Shown here: positions 57,978 through 64,000 of the stretch, one piece after another
Layout of the letters: each line of letters opens with the position of its first letter
How positions within the stretch are numbered: position 1 is the stretch's first letter
DNA from: a virus
Lineage: Duplodnaviria > Caudoviricetes
Strand: one strand, 5' to 3'
IMG/VR virus record: IMGVR_UViG_3300022671_000005
Span: 1 to 64,000 of that record
Length of the DNA: 64,000 nucleotides
Program-made: the position numbers and the translations under genes
Notes under the pieces: model-generated
Told to the model about the DNA's origin: nothing
The model's input: the letters and a program-made list of their open reading frames with translations, nothing else
Database searches by the model: none

Positions 57978-58814
57978 TTAGGTAAAAATCAAACTATCTT
58001 CATTACGATAGATAACATTTTCTTCAAGTACTGAAGCAGGATCTGACATATCAATACCAGTAGTGGTACGATGTGTTGCGAGCTGTGCATAGATAGCTTC
58101 AGTCATAGTGAAATCAACACCACCTTGGTCTTGAGCAGTTACATCCTGATCTTCACCAGTGTAAAAACCAAACTCACTGATTCTAGCCAGACGATAATCA
58201 CCACCATAAATAACCTCGATAGCTTCAGCTATTTCAGCACCCGTTACCTGAACAACACCATCCATAGATACAATAACTTTAGCAGTTGCATCATCGATAG
58301 TATCAATCCCATTGCTAGGAACTGGGGTGGGTGTTAGGTTAGACGGAGAGAACACATAAGGTGTTTCTTGGTTATTTAGAAGGTTAACCTGTGTGATATC
58401 AATATTGTCATCAGGGAATGTGATCATTTTCAACCAATAGCAGAAGTAATCTTCGCCATCGAATGTCTCTCTCGTACGCATACGGTAATTCAACATTGTT
58501 GTAGGATCAAGATCATCTGCAACTGGAACACAACGAAATGGAATAGGTTGATACAAATCCATATTTTCAACAGATGCGAGATATGGTTGTGACAGAGTAC
58601 TATCATTGACGTTGTAATAACCATTAATTCCGATACCAAAATATTTTAAGGTCGGATTATTATCTGGAAGTATGAGTGGTTGTACATTCCTTTTAGAATT
58701 GATAGTAGTATCAAGTCTAGCAGTGAAGCCTGCACTCATCTGGGCCCTTAGTTGATTTTCTAAGCCCAATATCGTATTGACATTGTTCTTTGTGTTGAAG
58801 GTGCTTTCAAGCAT
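57978..58814 (-). CDS. virion structural protein (phiKZ gp127-like)
   Basis: TTIN.K, LKYFGIG.NG, LY.PIPF, YRMR, ISE.G..TGED, EAIYAQ motifs. Confidence 0.75.
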   Translation of the reverse strand: MLESTFNTKNNVNTILGLENQLRAQMSAGFTARLDTTINSKRNVQPLILPDNNPTLKYFGIGINGYYNVNDSTLSQPYLASVENMDLYQPIPFRCVPVADDLDPTTMLNYRMRTRETFDGEDYFCYWLKMITFPDDNIDITQVNLLNNQETPYVFSPSNLTPTPVPSNGIDTIDDATAKVIVSMDGVVQVTGAEIAEAIEVIYGGDYRLARISEFGFYTGEDQDVTAQDQGGVDFTMTEAIYAQLATHRTTTGIDMSDPASVLEENVIYRNEDSLIFT

Positions 58815-58890
58815 ATTTTTTAATTCCTTATTTTTTTTATTCTACCTATAAAATTAGTCAATAGAATAAAGATGATTATTTAAAACTGTT

Positions 58891-61800
58891 CTATTCCGTC
58901 GTTCTGTATTCAGAACTTTGTATAAGATCAAATCTATTAATCCTATTGATTATAGAGTTAGTAACACCATTGGTCCTAGGTTCTCTGAGAGGTGCTTCTG
59001 CAATATATGGATGATCCAAAGGAAGATATGTGTTTATACCCCACTTGTGGGCTAGATAACCTTCTATCTTTTTGACATCTATAAGACTGGGGTTGACAGC
59101 AATAACAGCTTCACCTATAGCACCTTGGAACCAAATAGGTAGAGCTGTGGTTTCTGAACCATGAGATCCTATAAAGAACGCAGTGGCATCAAAATCATCA
59201 CATATAGATACATTACCTGGAACCAAATCTTCACCATTGATTCCAGCAAATGTTTGCTGAATAAGATCTTCTGTTCTATTGTATCTAGTCACAGATAAAT
59301 TAACATCACCATAGTTTATTATTGGACTACTAAATGCACTACTATAATCACCCTGAATTGGTCTACCATCTTGCATGGTAGATATAAATATAGGAGTTCC
59401 GCCATCATCATAGTAAACGTGACTAAACTCTAGAACAGTTGCAGTATTAAATCCAATACCTCTAAATCTATTATGTTGATAATCTGCATCTTCGTTTTTA
59501 AAACTCATTACAACACCAGCATAACTATTAAGTTGATCAATAGCATTAATGGTGAATATATAGATATCGCTATTTTTATCAAGCAATTGAGCAGATTTAT
59601 TAGTAGTGTGATACAATGAATTGGTTCCATCGAAATATACCATTGGTAATCCATTTTGTGATCTAACACCATAAGAAGGTCTATACGAATCTTGCTTGTG
59701 GGTCATATCAGCTTGTAAACTACCTTTGTCCAACCATTCATTGATAAGAATTCCATCTAAATCTAATGAAGATGTGTCAGGAGCATCTAGCCAAAATTTA
59801 GTTGAGACATCTAAATCAGCTATAGTCCAAAAACCACCAGGAACAACAGATCCACGTGGGAATAAACCATTAAAGTTATTAACTCTATTGTGATTTATTA
59901 CGTTGTGCTCTTTTGTTATTTCCATAGTTATTTCGGTTGTATGCTCTATCGTATCTTCAACATTTGAGTCAAACAAACTAGCATCAAATTCCATTTCACC
60001 AAAATAATCTAATACCCATTTGTCATTATAGGTTGTTTGTGCAAACCTAATGTAAGTATTAGGAGAAAGTTCGGTGTCTAAGAAAGCAATATTGTAACTG
60101 CATAACTGTACAAACAATTGCTTGATCAACCTAAACTCTTCAGCTGTGAATTGATCAAATGTTGTCTGAGTTGATTCAGTTATTGGTATAATTGCTTCCA
60201 ATATGGCATTAGATACATTATGATAAGTCTCTTTAACTTTAACGTTATTATCTAGAGATGTGATAGCATCTTGCAAAAACTGATTGTCAGAAAACCATTC
60301 ATTATAGGTAGTATGTGGTATCCCAAAATCCAATGTTATTGTTTCAGTTGCTAATAATTGTTTGTAAAGTAAATCATATGCAAACTGATAAGCAGTGTTT
60401 GACACTCCATGCTTTGCACGTATGTCAGTAACAATAGCAAAAAAGTGACCATCAATAAGTTCTAACAATCTCTCGGGAGTAGTTATAACACCAACATTGG
60501 TTTCTATTCTATCAAAGATATCATCGTAATCTATAAGACGATTAATTCTCCAAATAGAATCATTGAATTGAAACTCTTGTTCTATAGTCGGAAACTCATC
60601 TTTAAATGCATGAACAATATGAGCAGTAGTAGGAATCATGAAGGGGTTCCTAACATCAACAGTCATACCAACATAATCGTTTTTATTACCTTCAGTAACT
60701 GCGATTATACTACCATCATTTAAGGTTATTTCTTTTCCAACTACAGTGTCAATATTGGTTGATGATAATGTTACTGAAGTTTCATATTCTCTACCCATAG
60801 TGTAGAATAATAGAGCAACAGCTTCTTTAACTGTTAATGGAATAGTTTGAGAATCACTTATCTTAATCTCTAAGTTATAATCTAACTCATCACGAGATAT
60901 TCTGTAAAGTATGGTCTCTACCATTATGTTTACATATAGTTCATGAAACTCATCGTAGATATTGAGTTTTTGTATTTCCACAAGTTTTGTAGGTAACCAA
61001 CCTAATTTAGAATGATCTAAAGTAAGCTTCTGTTCAGCAATATACTTTTCATCAAGTTTTGGTTCTAGACCATTTTCAACTTCTCTTTCAAATATATCCT
61101 GATGAGTTTCTATTCCATTTATCAGAGCTTCAGTCGGTGTTCTTAAATCTCTAATATCTTTGGAGATAAACTCCGCAGATGGTCTTACAGTTTCTTCACT
61201 ATCCTCAGTATACAACATGGCAGATTTTGCTCTTAATGCTGTATTCCTAGGATAGAGTAAGTTCTCAGAGAGTATAGATAGAGTTCCGTCTTTACCTCTG
61301 TTTTGAATTAAATATCTTAGATTCTTATATAAGAACATCTGTTCAGTGAAATTCAATACACTTCGATAATCACCCAATCCATTAGACGTGAGGTATTCCC
61401 ATATCTGAGTAGTATGTGCTCTGGATGTACCTATATTAGATATTCTTTGTCTGAAAATAACTAATGGTAATAATGTCCACAACATCCACCACTCTGTCAT
61501 TGGGTAGTATGCTTCATAGTAAAACTCAGGTATATTCCACCTTTCTCTGTACATTGTAAGAAAGGTAGTTAATGAATCTAGTATTGAAGAAACTTCTTGA
61601 TCTTCCAATAGTTCCGAATCGTACGTCAATAAAGAAAAATTGGGTGCAGCTATTGCTTCATTGATATTAGATACTGGATATAGTATCGATTTTATTAAAT
61701 CAGCCTGAGTCGGATAAGTGTCAATTAGATCTTGAAATTGTTCATTTGGTATCTTATAAGTTGTGTATGTCTTGTGGTGTATAGCAAGATTAGATTTAGT

Positions 61801-62031
61801 GAATTCAATAGTAGTGCCATCGTCGATAGATGTTACATACATCATTTGATCTAAATCACTATATTCACCGATAAGGTTGAGATAGTATGGATTCTCTGTC
61901 TCATCATCAAGTTCTACACCAGATACTTCTTCAAGCTGAGTTCTTTTAACATCAGCTAAATATGTGTTCTTAATGGTAGCAGACTTTAAGAAGTCATATA
62001 CTTCCGTTAAGAAAATATCTGTTTGGATCAT
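58891..62031 (-). CDS. virion baseplate protein (phiKZ gp128-like) with C-terminal LamG/lectin-like extension
   Basis: YYLNL.GEY...D..M.V.S.D, YP.Q..LI..IL.P, LPTKLVE, QLCSY; C-terminal WLDA...W.DK...EGYLAHKWG. Confidence 0.72.
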   Translation of the reverse strand: MIQTDIFLTEVYDFLKSATIKNTYLADVKRTQLEEVSGVELDDETENPYYLNLIGEYSDLDQMMYVTSIDDGTTIEFTKSNLAIHHKTYTTYKIPNEQFQDLIDTYPTQADLIKSILYPVSNINEAIAAPNFSLLTYDSELLEDQEVSSILDSLTTFLTMYRERWNIPEFYYEAYYPMTEWWMLWTLLPLVIFRQRISNIGTSRAHTTQIWEYLTSNGLGDYRSVLNFTEQMFLYKNLRYLIQNRGKDGTLSILSENLLYPRNTALRAKSAMLYTEDSEETVRPSAEFISKDIRDLRTPTEALINGIETHQDIFEREVENGLEPKLDEKYIAEQKLTLDHSKLGWLPTKLVEIQKLNIYDEFHELYVNIMVETILYRISRDELDYNLEIKISDSQTIPLTVKEAVALLFYTMGREYETSVTLSSTNIDTVVGKEITLNDGSIIAVTEGNKNDYVGMTVDVRNPFMIPTTAHIVHAFKDEFPTIEQEFQFNDSIWRINRLIDYDDIFDRIETNVGVITTPERLLELIDGHFFAIVTDIRAKHGVSNTAYQFAYDLLYKQLLATETITLDFGIPHTTYNEWFSDNQFLQDAITSLDNNVKVKETYHNVSNAILEAIIPITESTQTTFDQFTAEEFRLIKQLFVQLCSYNIAFLDTELSPNTYIRFAQTTYNDKWVLDYFGEMEFDASLFDSNVEDTIEHTTEITMEITKEHNVINHNRVNNFNGLFPRGSVVPGGFWTIADLDVSTKFWLDAPDTSSLDLDGILINEWLDKGSLQADMTHKQDSYRPSYGVRSQNGLPMVYFDGTNSLYHTTNKSAQLLDKNSDIYIFTINAIDQLNSYAGVVMSFKNEDADYQHNRFRGIGFNTATVLEFSHVYYDDGGTPIFISTMQDGRPIQGDYSSAFSSPIINYGDVNLSVTRYNRTEDLIQQTFAGINGEDLVPGNVSICDDFDATAFFIGSHGSETTALPIWFQGAIGEAVIAVNPSLIDVKKIEGYLAHKWGINTYLPLDHPYIAEAPLREPRTNGVTNSIINRINRFDLIQSSEYRTTE

Positions 62032-62156
62032 GGTATAATTCACTCTATTATAAATGTTAATATTTACAGTAACGTCTGTGTGAAGCCATTTTATTGAATA
62101 GATACTTAAAAAAATTACCAATTAATAAAACAACCATGTCACTGGAGATATATACA

Positions 62157-64000
62157 ATGGCAGAAGAGAATAATAAAGAAGCAATTAGGCGTTGGTCTAG
62201 AATTTTTTCACTATTTGGTGTCAATAAAGAGACTCCAACTAATCAACAACCTAATCCATCAAATGACTTGTCCGCACCTTTATCGTCTGGAGCTTTTAGT
62301 AATCAAGAACTTGAATACCTTCCAGGGTTTGCAGCATCTAAAACAGATTCGACTAAGATAAGTCATATTGAAACTTATCTCAACAGAACTTCAGATAACG
62401 TTGTTCAAAGAACTAGAGAGATCCAAAGATTTAAAGTTCTTACTCCTGAAATTGGTAAGGCTAAGATGGTTCTTGTTCCAACTATCATGTCTCCAAATGA
62501 TGTTCAGACGGACAGCATTGCTATCACTGTTGATTGTGATGATATAGAACCAGAAACCGCAATGGACCTTGCTAATGACCTGACAACCTATTTTAATGAT
62601 CATCTTAAGCTTAGCACTAAAGTAGCAGATTGGATAGGTGAGGCACTATTTGAGTCCGGAGCCAAACCAGTTCTTATTTTGCCTAAAGGACCCATATCTT
62701 TACTTACTGATGCGATGGATCTAGAAAAAGAGCTAGCTAAAGAAGGTAAAGTTCTAGGTGTAGGTATGGAAAACATATCTATAAAAATGGAAGGTTACAA
62801 TGATGTTAATATAAGTGAAGAATCTTTAGAGTTAAATTTAATAGACAATGAAGATTTGAATATCTTAGACATTGACATTGAAGATGCCATTACTGATCAG
62901 TTTGCTGACCTTATGGATGAAGATAGTAAAATTAAGACTTCAGTAGAGTCCATGGTCAAAGCGGCAAAAGATAATAAAAAGAAGGTTAATGAGAGGGTAA
63001 AAGATGTCTTCACATTTACCACTGATTATAGATCTATCATGTCTGGTAAGGACACGAAGGATTCTAAAGTAAAAACTCTGACGAAAAGAGTTGCTCAAAG
63101 TTTATATGGCTCAGCTGGTGGTAGATTATTTATTGGTAGTGATGAGGGTGATCTAAAAGATGGAGACCATCCGACACTTATACCTTTACCTTCCGAATCC
63201 GTGATACCTGTAGCTGTACCTGGGAGTCCTTCTGAACATATAGGATATTTCATTCTAACCGATGGATTTGGTAACCCCATTGATGAGACAGGCACTGGCG
63301 ATGCAGCTAGTCCTTACCATAGCACTAATAAGAGTAAATCTTCTTGTAATGCTACTTTGAATGAGGGTACTCAAATCATATATGGTGGTTCTTTTGGTAG
63401 TGACAATATTACTAAAAACCAACAGTTTGAAGCAGCTTCCACAGTGTTTGGTATCACTATAAGAAAAATGCTTGAAGAAAAACTTAGAGATAATGATCTT
63501 GAAGGTATTACCCTAAAACAACATCAAGCTATCATGACTACGTTGTTTCAAAGACTTATCAGAAAAGCAAAGGTTAGAATCTTATTTGTACCCTCAACTA
63601 TGGTTGCTTATTATGCTTTCGGTTATCGTCCAGACGGAACAGGTAAGTCTATACTGGAAGATAGTTCTTTCCTCATTTCATTGCGTAACACTATGGTTAT
63701 AGCTAATGTTTTGACAGCTATTAAGAACTCAACTGATAGAACTCGAATTGAGTTTAATGTTGGTGATCAAGCCACAAACGTTGAGCAAATAATGGACACT
63801 GTTAAAAAGATGTTTGTATCTAAACGGATGCTTAACTTCGAACACGATCCATTAACTGTCGCACGAGATCTTATTCAAAACTCAGTATCCATTATCCCAA
63901 AAGGTCTAAGAGGTCTTGAAGATTTGGATGTACAAACTGACAATGCAGGTGGCTCTAATTCCACTGAACCAGATACTGACATGATGGATAAAATGTCAGA
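62157..64000 (+). CDS. portal protein (phiKZ gp129-like), 3'-truncated by window
   Basis: GGAG SD; open frame to window end; TIMSPND, LPSESVIPV..PGSPSEHIGYF.L.D..GNP, GTGKS.LED motifs; divergent from gp128-like gene. Confidence 0.82.
   Translation, partial: MAEENNKEAIRRWSRIFSLFGVNKETPTNQQPNPSNDLSAPLSSGAFSNQELEYLPGFAASKTDSTKISHIETYLNRTSDNVVQRTREIQRFKVLTPEIGKAKMVLVPTIMSPNDVQTDSIAITVDCDDIEPETAMDLANDLTTYFNDHLKLSTKVADWIGEALFESGAKPVLILPKGPISLLTDAMDLEKELAKEGKVLGVGMENISIKMEGYNDVNISEESLELNLIDNEDLNILDIDIEDAITDQFADLMDEDSKIKTSVESMVKAAKDNKKKVNERVKDVFTFTTDYRSIMSGKDTKDSKVKTLTKRVAQSLYGSAGGRLFIGSDEGDLKDGDHPTLIPLPSESVIPVAVPGSPSEHIGYFILTDGFGNPIDETGTGDAASPYHSTNKSKSSCNATLNEGTQIIYGGSFGSDNITKNQQFEAASTVFGITIRKMLEEKLRDNDLEGITLKQHQAIMTTLFQRLIRKAKVRILFVPSTMVAYYAFGYRPDGTGKSILEDSSFLISLRNTMVIANVLTAIKNSTDRTRIEFNVGDQATNVEQIMDTVKKMFVSKRMLNFEHDPLTVARDLIQNSVSIIPKGLRGLEDLDVQTDNAGGSNSTEPDTDMMDKMS

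Noticed and set aside
1-64000. Alternative genetic code or stop-codon recoding
   Set aside because: Conserved genes are full length under code 11, all three stop codons end genes, and no suppressor tRNA is seen

Overview
A 64-kb, AT-rich segment of a phiKZ-related jumbo myophage. Positions 1-17.8 kb form a + strand accessory and nucleotide-metabolism region: thyA, DHFR, GIY-YIG, a dATP/dGTP diphosphohydrolase-domain fusion, tRNA-Arg(UCU), a macrodomain, a DEDDh exonuclease, an HD hydrolase, a SLOG-nuclease fusion, a degenerate DHH protein and many small Cys-rich ORFs. Positions 18-37 kb hold virion genes (baseplate-like and head/inner-body-like proteins with S-x-E maturation sites) and a GroEL-like chaperonin. 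Positions 37-64 kb encode a split family-B DNA polymerase subunit, three split RNA polymerase subunits, GyrB/GyrA-like topoisomerase subunits, two more baseplate-like genes and the 5' part of the portal gene. phiKZ gene-number assignments come from recalled motifs and synteny, not from database searches. Best leads: (1) a structured RNA at 7923-8011 with two AGUA/GAA loop-E motifs and an exact copy of the conserved 23S rRNA helix-13 sequence, upstream of two unannotated tiny basic proteins and the tRNA; (2) a probable programmed -1 frameshift near 34761 that joins a tail/baseplate assembly chaperone to a start-less downstream frame; (3) 24 long intergenic inverted repeats, eight of them loop-less perfect palindromes; (4) several enzymes with degenerate catalytic motifs or fused domains that may act in counter-defence.
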